Source of the DNA: an uncultured Gemmatimonadales bacterium
GTDB lineage: Bacteria > Gemmatimonadota > Gemmatimonadetes > Gemmatimonadales > GWC2-71-9
DNA: 64,000 bases
Direction: 5' to 3'
NCBI GenBank assembly: GCA_963828735.1
Contig: CAWHFW010000006.1
Span: 64,001-128,000, forward strand
Every line of letters begins with the position of its first letter. Position 1 is the first letter of the stretch. The translations under genes were made by a program, and so were the position numbers. Below the pieces are notes generated by a model. It had not been told where the DNA came from. It worked only from the letters and a program-made list of their open reading frames with translations, and ran no database searches. Shown one piece after another: positions 10,279 to 19,421 of this stretch.

Positions 10279-11307
10279 TCAATCCTCCGTCTGCCCGAAG
10301 ATCGCCAGGTTCGACGAATGCCCCGGGTTCACCTTCGCCTTGGGGTTGATGTAGTGCACCGCGTTGTTCACCGCGATGCACGCCTCCGCGGCGCCGGTGG
10401 CGATGAGCTTGAGCTTGCCGGGATAGGCGGTGATGTCGCCGGCCGCGTAGATCCCCGGCACGTTCGTCTCCATGAGCTGGTTGACCTTGATGTCGGCCTT
10501 CTCGGTGTCGAGTCCCCACTCCTTGATGGCGCCGAGATCCGAGTGGAAGCCGAGGAGGGGGATGACGGCATCGAGCTCGAGCGTCTCCTCCTCCTTGGTC
10601 TTGCTGTTGACGATCGTCACCCGCTCGACCCGCCCGTTCCCCTCGATCCGCTTCACCTCCCAGAACGTCCGCAGGTCGCACCGGCCCTGGCGACACAGCT
10701 CGTGCACCTGATTGATCGTCGCGGCGTGCGCGCGGAAGCCGTCGCGCCGGTGGATCAGCATGATGGACTTGGCGACCCCCTGCAGGTTGACCGCCCAGTC
10801 GAAGGCCGAGTCCCCGCCTCCGACGAGGAGCACCCGCGCGCCCTCGAACTGCTTCGGGTCGAGGACCTTGAAGTAGAGCCCCTTCTCCTCGAAGGCGTCC
10901 TCGCCCGCGATGCCGAGGCGGCGGGCCTCGAAGGCCCCGATCCCGGCCGCGATCACGATGGTGCGCGACGGGTAGTCCCCGCCGTCGGTCTCGAGCACCA
11001 GATGACCGCCGTGATCGTCCTCGACCCGCCGCAGGCCGGTCACGATCTCGCCCAGGTGGGTGGTGGCGCCGAACTGAAGCCCCTGCGCGGCCATGTCCCG
11101 CACCAGGTCCTTGGCGAGAACCTTGGGAAACCCGGCGACGTCGAAGATGTATTTCTCCGGGTAGAGCGCCATCAGCTGGCCGCCCAGAGCGGGGAGCGCG
11201 TCGACGATCCGCGCCGACGCGCCCCGCATGCCCGCGTAGAACGCCGCGAACAGGCCGGTGGGCCCCCCGCCGATGATCGAGATGTCCTTCAGGTCCTGCT
11301 CTGCCAC
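10279..11307 (-). CDS. Ferredoxin--NADP+ reductase (TrxB-like, YumC type)
   Basis: GGGPTGLFAAFYAGMRG, LYPEKYIFDVAGFP, GGGDSAFDW, GKLKLIATG, C-terminal PGHSS; no CxxC. Confidence 0.92.
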   Translation of the reverse strand: MAEQDLKDISIIGGGPTGLFAAFYAGMRGASARIVDALPALGGQLMALYPEKYIFDVAGFPKVLAKDLVRDMAAQGLQFGATTHLGEIVTGLRRVEDDHGGHLVLETDGGDYPSRTIVIAAGIGAFEARRLGIAGEDAFEEKGLYFKVLDPKQFEGARVLLVGGGDSAFDWAVNLQGVAKSIMLIHRRDGFRAHAATINQVHELCRQGRCDLRTFWEVKRIEGNGRVERVTIVNSKTKEEETLELDAVIPLLGFHSDLGAIKEWGLDTEKADIKVNQLMETNVPGIYAAGDITAYPGKLKLIATGAAEACIAVNNAVHYINPKAKVNPGHSSNLAIFGQTED

Positions 11308-11411
11308 GTGCGCTCCTGCGGTGGACGACGGGGGTTCCGGGACAAGCGGTGGAATGTATAAAAATAGTCGGCGGTGTCATGTGCCCGGGCCCCTCCGGTA
11401 GTGTCGGGTTT

Positions 11412-11440
11412 TTGACTGTAACAGCTTCCGGTCGTAGCTT
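11412..11440 (+). promoter_or_regulatory. Putative sigma70 promoter of the small Cys-rich gene
   Basis: TTGACT-17 nt-TAGCTT, 35 nt upstream of the ATG at 11476. Confidence 0.55.
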
Positions 11441-11475
11441 GGAGGGTGGCGGGCATTCCCGCCAAGGAGGACCCT

Positions 11476-11559
11476 ATGGCAGAGGCAAGCTGCGGCTGCA
11501 CCAAAGGCTGTTGCGATACAGGGTGTTGCTGCGGGACCAGCGCCTGCAAGTGCGGGTGA
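11476..11559 (+). CDS. 27-aa Cys-rich metallothionein-like peptide
   Basis: AAGGAGG RBS (11464-11470), then MAEASCGCTKGCCDTGCCCGTSACKCG*; 9 Cys; followed by an intrinsic terminator. Confidence 0.8.
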   Translation: MAEASCGCTKGCCDTGCCCGTSACKCG

Positions 11560-11579
11560 GCGAGTCCGGTGACTGAGTG

Positions 11580-11610
11580 AAGGGCCGGGGAATGCTCCCC
11601 GGCCTTTTTT
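11580..11610 (+). terminator. Rho-independent terminator
   Basis: GGCCGGGGA-ATGC-TCCCCGGCC followed by TTTTTT. Confidence 0.85.
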
Positions 11611-11675
11611 CTGGGCTCGCCCGCCTTGCAGCCGCGGGAGAACACCGTGATGGCCGCTCTGGAGGTGGACGGACC

Positions 11676-12227
11676 ATGTCGATGAAGATCTACACCCGGA
11701 CCGGCGACGAGGGCGAGACCGGCCTGTTCGGGGGCGGGCGGGTGCCCAAGGACCACCCCCGCGTCTCCGCCTACGGGGACGTGGACGAGCTCAACTCGAG
11801 CATCGGGGTCGCCCGCGCGATCGCGCCGCTCGAGTTCTTCGATCCGCTGCTCGAGTCGGTGCAACGGGACCTGTTCGCGATCGGCGGTCACCTCGCCACG
11901 CCCGACCCCGGGAAGGTGGCAAAGGCGCTCGAGAAGGCAGAGCTGTCGGAGGCACGGGTCGCCGAGTTCGAGCGCGTCATGGACGCGGCCGACGAGGACC
12001 TGCCTGCCCTCCGCGCGTTCGTGCTGCCCGGGGGGACGCCCAAGGCGGCCGCGCTGCACCTCGCCCGCACCGTGTGCCGCCGCGCGGAGCGGAGCGTGGT
12101 CCACCTCGCGCACGAATCCGAGGTGCCGCAACTCTTCGTGGTCTACCTCAATCGCCTGTCGGATCTGCTCTTCACGCTGGCCCGCCTGGCCAACCATCGC
12201 GATGGCGCGGGCGACGTCACATGGTGA
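11676..12227 (+). CDS. pduO: ATP:cob(I)alamin adenosyltransferase (PduO type)
   Basis: KIYTRTGDEGET, YGDVDELNS, ARTVCRRAER, YLNRLSDLLF. Confidence 0.95.
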   Translation: MSMKIYTRTGDEGETGLFGGGRVPKDHPRVSAYGDVDELNSSIGVARAIAPLEFFDPLLESVQRDLFAIGGHLATPDPGKVAKALEKAELSEARVAEFERVMDAADEDLPALRAFVLPGGTPKAAALHLARTVCRRAERSVVHLAHESEVPQLFVVYLNRLSDLLFTLARLANHRDGAGDVTW

Positions 12228-12234
12228 GCGCCGG

Positions 12235-13327
12235 GTGAACGCGCCGCCGGTCGTCGTCACTCACGCCCTGGGCAGCTATCCGGTGTACGTCGAGCCTGGC
12301 GTGGTCGCCCGGCTCGAGGGGATCCTCGCCGAGCACCTGGACGCGCCGCGGATCGCGATGATCGCGGACAGCGCGGTGTACGGGCTGCTCCAGGCCGGTC
12401 ATCTCGGACGCTCGCCGTGGACCGGGGATGCGCCTTCTGTTTCCCCCCGGGGAAACCTCGAAGACGCGCGACCATTGGGCGCGACTCACCGACACGCTGC
12501 TCGCGCAAGGCTATGGCCGCGACAGCGGGATCATCACGCTGGGCGGCGGAGTGGCCGGCGACCTCGGCGGGTTCGTCGCGGCCACCTACATGCGCGGCGT
12601 GCCGTGCGTGCAGGTGCCGACCTCGCTGCTGGCGATGCTCGACGCGTCCGTGGGCGGCAAGACCGGCGTCGACACGCCGCAGGGCAAGAATCTGATCGGC
12701 GCATTCCATCCGCCGGTCGCGGTGCTGGCGGACCCGCGCGTGCTGGCGACGCTTCCCGAGCGTGACTATCGCGGTGGCATGGCCGAGGCGGTGAAGCACG
12801 GCCTGATCGCCGACGAGGAGTATTTCGCCTGGATGGAGCGGGAGGCGGACGCGCTCCTCGCGCGGGACGAGGCCGCACTCACGCGGCTCGTACGAAGAAG
12901 CGTCGAGATCAAGGCCGCGGTGGTGAGCGGGGACGAGCGCGAGGCGGGCCGCCGGGCGATCCTCAATGCCGGACATACGGTCGCGCACGCACTCGAGCGC
13001 GCGACGGACTTCGGGATCCCGCACGGCGAAGCCGTGGCGCTCGGCCTGGTGGCGGAATGCGCCCTGGCCGAGGCGGTGGGCGCGGCGGTGGGAGGCGTCG
13101 GCGGGCGAGTCTCGGCGCTGCTCGTCCGGCTCGGCCTGCCGATTCGGCTGGCCGAGCCGGTGGACGCCGACCGGATCATCGAGGGAATGGCGAGCGACAA
13201 GAAGAACCGTTCGGCCCGCGTGAGGTTCGCGCTGGCGAGCCGCCTAGGCGGCATGGATGCACAGGGGAGGTGGACGCGGGAGGCGCCGGAGCCTGCCGTC
13301 CGGCGCGCGCTCGACGCCATCGTCTAG
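12235..13327 (+). CDS. aroB: 3-dehydroquinate synthase, frameshifted near 12430
   Basis: LGGGVAGDLGGFVAATYMRG, PTSLLAMLDASVGGKTG, KNLIGAFH, LNAGHTVAHALE, HGEAVALG; the N-terminus (SYPVYV) is in the adjacent frame. Confidence 0.92.
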
Positions 13328-13332
13328 GACCG

Positions 13333-14559
13333 TCAGGCCGGACCCACGACAGCCACCGGAGTCGGCCGGTCCGTGCCCTGCGTCCCGTCGCCGAGCTGCC
13401 CCGAGCCGTTGTCTCCCCAGCAGAATGCGTGATGGTCCGTCGTCACCCCGCAGCTGTGCTGGCCGACGACCGGGACGCTGACGACGCTGAATGTATGCCC
13501 GCCCGCGACCGCGGTCGGTGTCGCCGTGTTGGACCCGCCAGTGCCGAGCTCGCCGTCTGCGTTCTGGCCCCAGCAGAGCGCCGCACCCGATACAGCGAGC
13601 GCGCAAGTGTGGAAGTCGGCGGCCTTGACCGACTGGAAGCGCCGGTTGGTGGCGAGGGCTACCGGTGTGAGGCCGAACCTCTGCACGGTGCTTGTACCCC
13701 AGCAATACAGGCGGTCGTCGGTGTTGAGACCGCAGGTATACGCGAAATCCGGACTTCCTCCGCCTATAGGCGAGATGAACCCCGATCCGGGCACGACCAG
13801 CTGCCAGCTCAACCCGCCCGCCACCAGGGTAGGCGTGGCGTGGTCGGTCCGCGTCCCGTCGCCCAGCTGTCCCAGAGCGTTGTCTCCCCAGCAGTAGGCG
13901 TGGTTGTCCGTGGTGGCGCCGCACGTGTGGGTGTTGCCCGGCAGCACCCGGCGGAAGTTCAGGCCGCCTGAGACCTTCACCGGCTTCCTGCTGAAGGAGA
14001 TGGAAGAGGAGGTGCCCAGCACCCCGTGGTCGTTGCTGCCCCAGCAATACGCGGCGCCTCCAGCGGCGATCCCGCAGGCGTATTGCCCGCCCGGGATCAC
14101 TTGGCGCCAGTGGTGCCCGCCAAACACCAGCGTGGGAACGAGCCGCCGCGCCGCGGTGGTGTTGTCGCCCACCGCACCGTTTGTGTTATCGCCCCAGCAG
14201 TACGCCAGGCTGTCGGTCGTGAGGCCGCAGGTGGTGCCCCCGCCCGCACGTACCTCGATGAACTTGAGGCCGCCCGCGACCTTCACCGGCCGGAGCCGGT
14301 TGGTGCGGCTGCCGTCGCCGAGCTGACCTACGGCATCGTTTCCCCAGCAGTAACCGACGTTGGCGGTCGTGACGCCGCAGGTGTACCCGGACCCGGCGGC
14401 GACCTGGCGGAAGGACAGGGGCTGTCCGCTGACGGCCAGCTGGGGCGCGGCTCCAGCTTCGGTGGGCCCCTGCGCGTCCTCCCGACAGCCGACCACGAGT
14501 ACGAGGGTGATCCCGAGCAGCGCTCGGACGTGCGGGGCCGGCGGGGGGAGGTTGGCCAT
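13333..14559 (-). CDS. RCC1-repeat lipoprotein
   Basis: LVVGC lipobox; about 7 repeats of HTCG..AYCWGxNxxGQLGDG..PxxVxGG. Confidence 0.88.
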   Translation of the reverse strand: MANLPPPAPHVRALLGITLVLVVGCREDAQGPTEAGAAPQLAVSGQPLSFRQVAAGSGYTCGVTTANVGYCWGNDAVGQLGDGSRTNRLRPVKVAGGLKFIEVRAGGGTTCGLTTDSLAYCWGDNTNGAVGDNTTAARRLVPTLVFGGHHWRQVIPGGQYACGIAAGGAAYCWGSNDHGVLGTSSSISFSRKPVKVSGGLNFRRVLPGNTHTCGATTDNHAYCWGDNALGQLGDGTRTDHATPTLVAGGLSWQLVVPGSGFISPIGGGSPDFAYTCGLNTDDRLYCWGTSTVQRFGLTPVALATNRRFQSVKAADFHTCALAVSGAALCWGQNADGELGTGGSNTATPTAVAGGHTFSVVSVPVVGQHSCGVTTDHHAFCWGDNGSGQLGDGTQGTDRPTPVAVVGPA

Positions 14560-14771
14560 GGCGTGACCTCGGGGTCTGGGGGACTTTGGTGGCTGCAAGG
14601 CTACGAAGAGGGCTTCAAGCGGATCTCAAGCGTCCCGCGCGACTGGGGGCGGACGAGGCCGATCGAGCTTGGAGTGGCGACTGCCGGACTGCTCGGGCAG
14701 CCGCGTGCGGCCCGGCTGGCGCCCGCGTGTCGCACCCTCATAGCATCGTCCTTCCGCCATGACTGCTTACT

Positions 14772-14796
14772 TAAGCCGTTGATATTAAATATCTTA
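14772..14796. promoter_or_regulatory. IHF-like palindromic site (TAAG-N17-CTTA)
   Basis: TAAGCCGTTGATATTAAATATCTTA contains YAA-N4-TTGATW, the reverse complement of the IHF consensus WATCAA-N4-TTR. Confidence 0.55.
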
Positions 14797-14901
14797 CGGC
14801 AAAGCTGTTCCACTTTCCACCATCGGCGACCGGTTGCTCGGTGGACAAAGGTGGGAACCATCTGTCCGGAAACGATTTGTGATGTGGATTCAACATTTTG
14901 C

Positions 14902-14930
14902 TTGACCGCCAAACCAGCCATTCCTATATT
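14902..14930 (+). promoter_or_regulatory. Putative sigma70 promoter of the sigma factor gene
   Basis: TTGACC-17 nt-TATATT. Confidence 0.6.
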
Positions 14931-15007
14931 CGATCCCTCCTCCTCGGCCGACCCGGCCGCCACAGCGCCGACATTCGCAACTCGTCATTCTACCCCTGGG
15001 GTTGTTT

Positions 15008-15898
15008 ATGGCCCATGTCCGTGCGAAAGCTCGTATGCTGGTCCGTTCCGCTCCGTCTGGCGCTTTCGATCAATACCTCCTCGACATCCAGAAACTCCCC
15101 ATGATCTCGGATCCCGAGGAAGAAAAGCGCCTGGCCAGGCGGGCCCTGGCCGGCGACGAGACGGCGGCGGAACGCCTGGTCACGGCCAACCTCAGGTTCG
15201 TCATCTCCTACGTGAAGAAGTACCAGGGGCACGGGCTCGATCTCTCCGAGCTCGTCGCCATCGGCAATGAAGGGCTCCTCAAGGCGGTCAAGAAGTTCGA
15301 TCCCGATCACGGCGTGAAGTTCATCTCCTACGCCGTCTGGTGGGTGCGGCAAGCGGTGCTGAAGGCGCTCGCGGAGCAGACGCGCAGCGTCCGCATCCCG
15401 CTCAACCAGAACTCCGCCCTGGTGCGGATGGCGCGGGCCCAGAGCTTCCTTGCCCAGGAGCTTGGCCGGGAGCCCACCGACCAGGAAATCGCCACCGCCC
15501 TCAACGACACCGTCGACAACATCCGCAGCGCCCGACGCATGACCTCGACCGAGGTCTCGCTCGACGCGCCGGTGGAGCGGCAGGACCGGAGCGCCAGCAC
15601 GTTCGGCGAGCGCGTGGCGGGCACCGGCCAGGGCGAGATCGAGGAGATGACCGACTGCCGCCTGCAGCGCGAGTTCATCGACCGCATCTTCGAGCGTCAT
15701 CTGACGCCGCGGGAGCGGAAGATCCTCTCGCTGTACTACGGCCTCGAGGAAGGCTCCGAGGCGCTCACCCTCGAGAAGATCGGGGAGCTCCTGGGCGTCA
15801 CCCGCGAGCGCATCCGGCAGATCCGCGAACGCGCGTTCGAGAAATTGCGCGACTCGCCGGACGTCCGGGCCCTCCGCGGGTTCTGGGGCGCGGCGTAG
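15008..15898 (+). CDS. RNA polymerase sigma factor, RpoD/SigA family (no region 1.1)
   Basis: ANLRFVISYVKKY, KFISYAVWWVRQA, VRIPLN, TLEKIGELLGVTRERIRQI. Confidence 0.95.
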   Translation: MAHVRAKARMLVRSAPSGAFDQYLLDIQKLPMISDPEEEKRLARRALAGDETAAERLVTANLRFVISYVKKYQGHGLDLSELVAIGNEGLLKAVKKFDPDHGVKFISYAVWWVRQAVLKALAEQTRSVRIPLNQNSALVRMARAQSFLAQELGREPTDQEIATALNDTVDNIRSARRMTSTEVSLDAPVERQDRSASTFGERVAGTGQGEIEEMTDCRLQREFIDRIFERHLTPRERKILSLYYGLEEGSEALTLEKIGELLGVTRERIRQIRERAFEKLRDSPDVRALRGFWGAA

Positions 15899-15926
15899 GG
15901 GCGCCCGAGGGCGATCGGGCGGTTCT

Positions 15927-15958
15927 GCGGGCGGCGACGGGCTTCCGTCGCCGCCCGC
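15927..15958 (+). terminator. GC-rich hairpin, probable terminator
   Basis: GCGGGCGGCGACGG-GCTT-CCGTCGCCGCCCGC downstream of the sigma gene. Confidence 0.6.
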
Positions 15959-16059
15959 CGTGTTTCCGGCCGGATCAGGGCGCCGCCTCGGCGTGTCACC
16001 GGCGCCTCGTCGTTGCCGCCGAGCCCGCCGCGCAAGCGATTCCTGCTAGATTGCTGAGC

Positions 16060-16725
16060 ATGCTCTCCCGCCTGCCCGTTTTTCCTCTGACGGTCGTACT
16101 GTTCCCGGGCACGCCGCTTCCCCTGCACATCTTCGAGCCGCGCTATCGCCGCATGCTCGCCGACTGCCTCGCCGGCGACCGGCGCTTCGGGATCACGCCG
16201 ACGGGCGCCGAGCGCGAGGCGCCCGACCCTGGCATGGTCGGATGCACCGCTGAAGTCCGGGTGAATCAGGAGCTCCCCGACGGCCAGTCGAACATCGTCG
16301 TACTCGGCGGCGAGCGCTTCGTCGTGGGGGCCGTGGTGGATGATCCGGCGCCGTATCACGTCGCGACCGTTCGGACCTTCGGCGATGAGCCCGAGACGAC
16401 CCCGCCGCCGGACCGGACCGAGCTTCTGCGCCAGGCTTTCACGCGGTACGCGACCCTGGTGCGCGAGCTGAGCGATATCGAGCCGCAGGAGCCCGATCTC
16501 CCCGACGAGCCGCTGCCGCTCTCGTTTCACGTCTCCGCCGGCATCGACGTCGGGGCACCGGTCAAGCAGCGGCTCCTGGTCGAGCGCTCCACCGCGCGGC
16601 GCGTCGAGGCGCTGCTCTTGGTGCTCGCGGCCATCACGGATACGGTCGAGCGCGCGCTCGATGTCCACCAGCGGGCGCATTCCAACGGGCGCGGCCACCG
16701 GGCGCCGCCGCTACCCGCGTCGTGA
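16060..16725 (+). CDS. Lon peptidase substrate-binding (LON N) domain protein
   Basis: LPVFPLTVVLFPGTPLPLHIFEPRYRRMLADC. Confidence 0.9.
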   Translation: MLSRLPVFPLTVVLFPGTPLPLHIFEPRYRRMLADCLAGDRRFGITPTGAEREAPDPGMVGCTAEVRVNQELPDGQSNIVVLGGERFVVGAVVDDPAPYHVATVRTFGDEPETTPPPDRTELLRQAFTRYATLVRELSDIEPQEPDLPDEPLPLSFHVSAGIDVGAPVKQRLLVERSTARRVEALLLVLAAITDTVERALDVHQRAHSNGRGHRAPPLPAS

Positions 16726-18143
16726 TGAGCCCGCATCTCGTGGACGCCCTCAGTCGGATCGTCGGGCCGCGCTGGGTTCGGCACCGGCGCGCCGAGCTCA
16801 AGACCTACGCCATGGATGGCCTCCCGACGCGCGAATCGTTCCCGGGCGTCGTGGTCATGCCGGCGAACGCGGACGAGGTGCGCGAGACGATACGCCTCCT
16901 CCACCTCGCCGACGTGCCGTTCGTGGCGCGCGGCGCCGGCACGGGCCTCTCCGGGGGGGCCGTGGCCGATCCCGACGCGGTGCTCATCGCCCTCACCCGG
17001 ATGAACCGCATCCTCCACGTGAACCGCGCCCGCCGCCGCGCCGTCGTGCAGCCGGGCGTCGTCAACGCGCGGCTTTCCGAGGCCGTGGCGCCGCTCGGCC
17101 TCTACTATGTGCCCGACCCGTCGAGCCAGACGGCCTGCACGGTCGGCGGCAACGTCGCCGAGAACGCCGGCGGACCGCACTGTCTCAAGTACGGGGTCAC
17201 GACCAACCACATCGTCGAGCTCCAGGTGGTCCTGCCCGACGGCTCGACGGTCGCCCTCGGATCCCCCCATGGCGAGCCCTGGGGACCGGACCTGGTCGGG
17301 CTGTTCGTCGGGAGCGAAGGCATGTTCGGCATCGTCACGGCGATCACGGTGCGGCTCGAGCCGATGCCGCCCAGCGTGCGGACCCTGCTCGCCGACTTCC
17401 CGACCGTGCGCGCGGCGAGCGAGGCCGTCTCCTCGGTCATCGCGACGGGGATCGTGCCGGCGGCCATGGAGATGATGGACCGCGCCTGCGTCGCCGCCGT
17501 CGAGGCCTCGATCTACGCGGCGGGCTATCCGACCGACGCCGCTGCCGTGCTCCTCGTGGAGCTCGACGGCCAGGCGGACGCGGTCGACGCCGAGGCGGAG
17601 ATCGTGCAGGGGATCCTGCGGGAGCGGGGCGCGCGCTCGGTGCGGAGCGCGTCCTCCGCCGCCGATCGGGCGAAGCTGTGGCAAGGGCGCAAGAAGGCGT
17701 TCGGCGCCATGGGGCGGATCGCGCCCGACCTCGCGGTCCAGGACGCCGTGGTCCCGCGCTCGGCCCTCCCCGACATCATGGACCGCATCGCCGACATCCG
17801 CGACCGCCACCGGCTCAGCATCAGCAACGTCTTCCACGCCGGCGACGGCAACCTGCATCCGAACATCTCCTTCGACCGTCGGGACCCCGACGTGACGCAC
17901 CGGGTCCACGTGGCCTGTCAGGAGATCATGGCCGCGTGCGTCGAGGCCGGCGGCAGCATCACCGGCGAGCATGGAGTCGGCTCCGACAAGCTCGACTACA
18001 TGCCCTGGATCTTCGATCCGGAAACGCTCGGCGCGATGCGCGCTGTGCGGCGCGTTTTCGATCCCGCCGAGCGAGCGAATCCGGGTAAGGTTGTTCCCCT
18101 GCACGCCTGCCGCGAATGGCGCGCCGCGCCGGGGGCCAGATGA
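16722..18143 (+). CDS. glcD: Glycolate oxidase subunit GlcD-like FAD-linked oxidase
   Basis: RGAGTGLSGG, PDPSSQTACTVGGNVAENAGGPHCLKYGVT, HAGDGNLHP, GEHGVG. Confidence 0.92.
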   Translation: MMSPHLVDALSRIVGPRWVRHRRAELKTYAMDGLPTRESFPGVVVMPANADEVRETIRLLHLADVPFVARGAGTGLSGGAVADPDAVLIALTRMNRILHVNRARRRAVVQPGVVNARLSEAVAPLGLYYVPDPSSQTACTVGGNVAENAGGPHCLKYGVTTNHIVELQVVLPDGSTVALGSPHGEPWGPDLVGLFVGSEGMFGIVTAITVRLEPMPPSVRTLLADFPTVRAASEAVSSVIATGIVPAAMEMMDRACVAAVEASIYAAGYPTDAAAVLLVELDGQADAVDAEAEIVQGILRERGARSVRSASSAADRAKLWQGRKKAFGAMGRIAPDLAVQDAVVPRSALPDIMDRIADIRDRHRLSISNVFHAGDGNLHPNISFDRRDPDVTHRVHVACQEIMAACVEAGGSITGEHGVGSDKLDYMPWIFDPETLGAMRAVRRVFDPAERANPGKVVPLHACREWRAAPGAR

Positions 18144-19354
18144 GCGACGTCGTCCACGGCCGGCTCCGCGCGCTCCTCGGCTCGAGCGGCGTCGAGCGCG
18201 ATCAGGGCGGCATGCCACGCGCCATCCCCGACACCGCCGACGCACTCTCGCTCGTCTGCCGGCTCGCCCACGATGAGGGGTGGAAAATCCGCGTGGAGGG
18301 TCAGGGCACCTGGCTTCCGACTGACGCCCCGGCCGACCTCGCCGTGAGCACGCGCGCGCTCGATCAAGTGGTCTCGGTGAGTCCGGCCGACCTCGTGGCC
18401 ACCGTCCAGTCCGGCACGCCGCTCGAGGCGCTGCGCCGCCGCCTCGCGGACGAAGGCATGTGGCTCGCGCTCGATCCGCCGGGCCGGCCCGAGCGGAGCC
18501 TCGGCTCGGTCATCGCCACGGCCACCGCCGGCCCGCTGCGCCATGGCTTCGGTCCGGTGCGCGATCACGTGCTCGGCTGCACGGTCGCCACGGGCGACGG
18601 TCGCCTGGTCAAGGCCGGTGGGCGGGTGGTGAAGAACGTCGCCGGATACGACCTCACCAAGCTCCAGGTCGGCGGGTTCGGTGGGTTCGGCATCGTCGCC
18701 GAGGCACACCTCCGGCTCCGAGCTCTGCCCCGGGCGGACGTCACCCTCGTCGCGCGCGGCACCCGGGACACGCTCACCTCCGCCGCGCGGGACGTCATGG
18801 CCGCGGAGCTGGTGCCGGCCGCGCTCGAGCTGCTCTCGCCCGCGCTCGCGGCCGAGGCGGACTGGGTGCTTGCGGCGCGGTTTGTCGGCACCGACGCGGC
18901 CGTCCAGGGCGATGTCCGCCGGCTCGCGCCCATCGCCGAGCTGGCATGGCAGCCGCTGCCGACCGACCGCACGGCCGCGTTCTGGGGGCTCGTGGCGCGC
19001 GGCAGCCAGGGCGGCCCGATCACTCTCCGTCTCGGCGTCCTGGGCGACGGCGTCGACGACACCCTCGACCTCCTCGCGCACGATCTGGATGAAAAACTGC
19101 TCTCCGCTGGCGCGGGCTCGGGCATGATCCGCTGGACGGGCGATGCGCCGCTGGAGCGGCTTCGCGCGGTGCGCCGCACCGCCGCGGCCCGTGAGATCCC
19201 GATGACGCTCGAGCGGGCCCCGTGGGCCATGCGCAAGGCGCTGGGGCATTTCGGGGCGTATCGCGAGGGCGTCGGCCAACTGGTGGGCCGACTGCGGGAC
19301 ACGTTCGATCCAGGCCAGTGCCTGCAGGTCGCGCTCGAGGCGGCAGGGGAGTGA
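18140..19354 (+). CDS. glcE: Glycolate oxidase FAD subunit GlcE-like
   Basis: GGRVVKNVAGYDLTKL; lies between glcD and glcF. Confidence 0.88.
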   Translation: MSDVVHGRLRALLGSSGVERDQGGMPRAIPDTADALSLVCRLAHDEGWKIRVEGQGTWLPTDAPADLAVSTRALDQVVSVSPADLVATVQSGTPLEALRRRLADEGMWLALDPPGRPERSLGSVIATATAGPLRHGFGPVRDHVLGCTVATGDGRLVKAGGRVVKNVAGYDLTKLQVGGFGGFGIVAEAHLRLRALPRADVTLVARGTRDTLTSAARDVMAAELVPAALELLSPALAAEADWVLAARFVGTDAAVQGDVRRLAPIAELAWQPLPTDRTAAFWGLVARGSQGGPITLRLGVLGDGVDDTLDLLAHDLDEKLLSAGAGSGMIRWTGDAPLERLRAVRRTAAAREIPMTLERAPWAMRKALGHFGAYREGVGQLVGRLRDTFDPGQCLQVALEAAGE

Positions 19355-19421
19355 GACCGGGCGGGCGGCGTTCGGATGTCTCCGACAGATCCATCGCGGG
19401 GGCCCGGATGAGGGACGACAG

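Noticed and set aside
14876..14898. CRP/FNR/Rex-like site TTGTGATGTGGATTCAACA
   Set aside because: The second half-site and spacing do not fit any of these consensus sequences.
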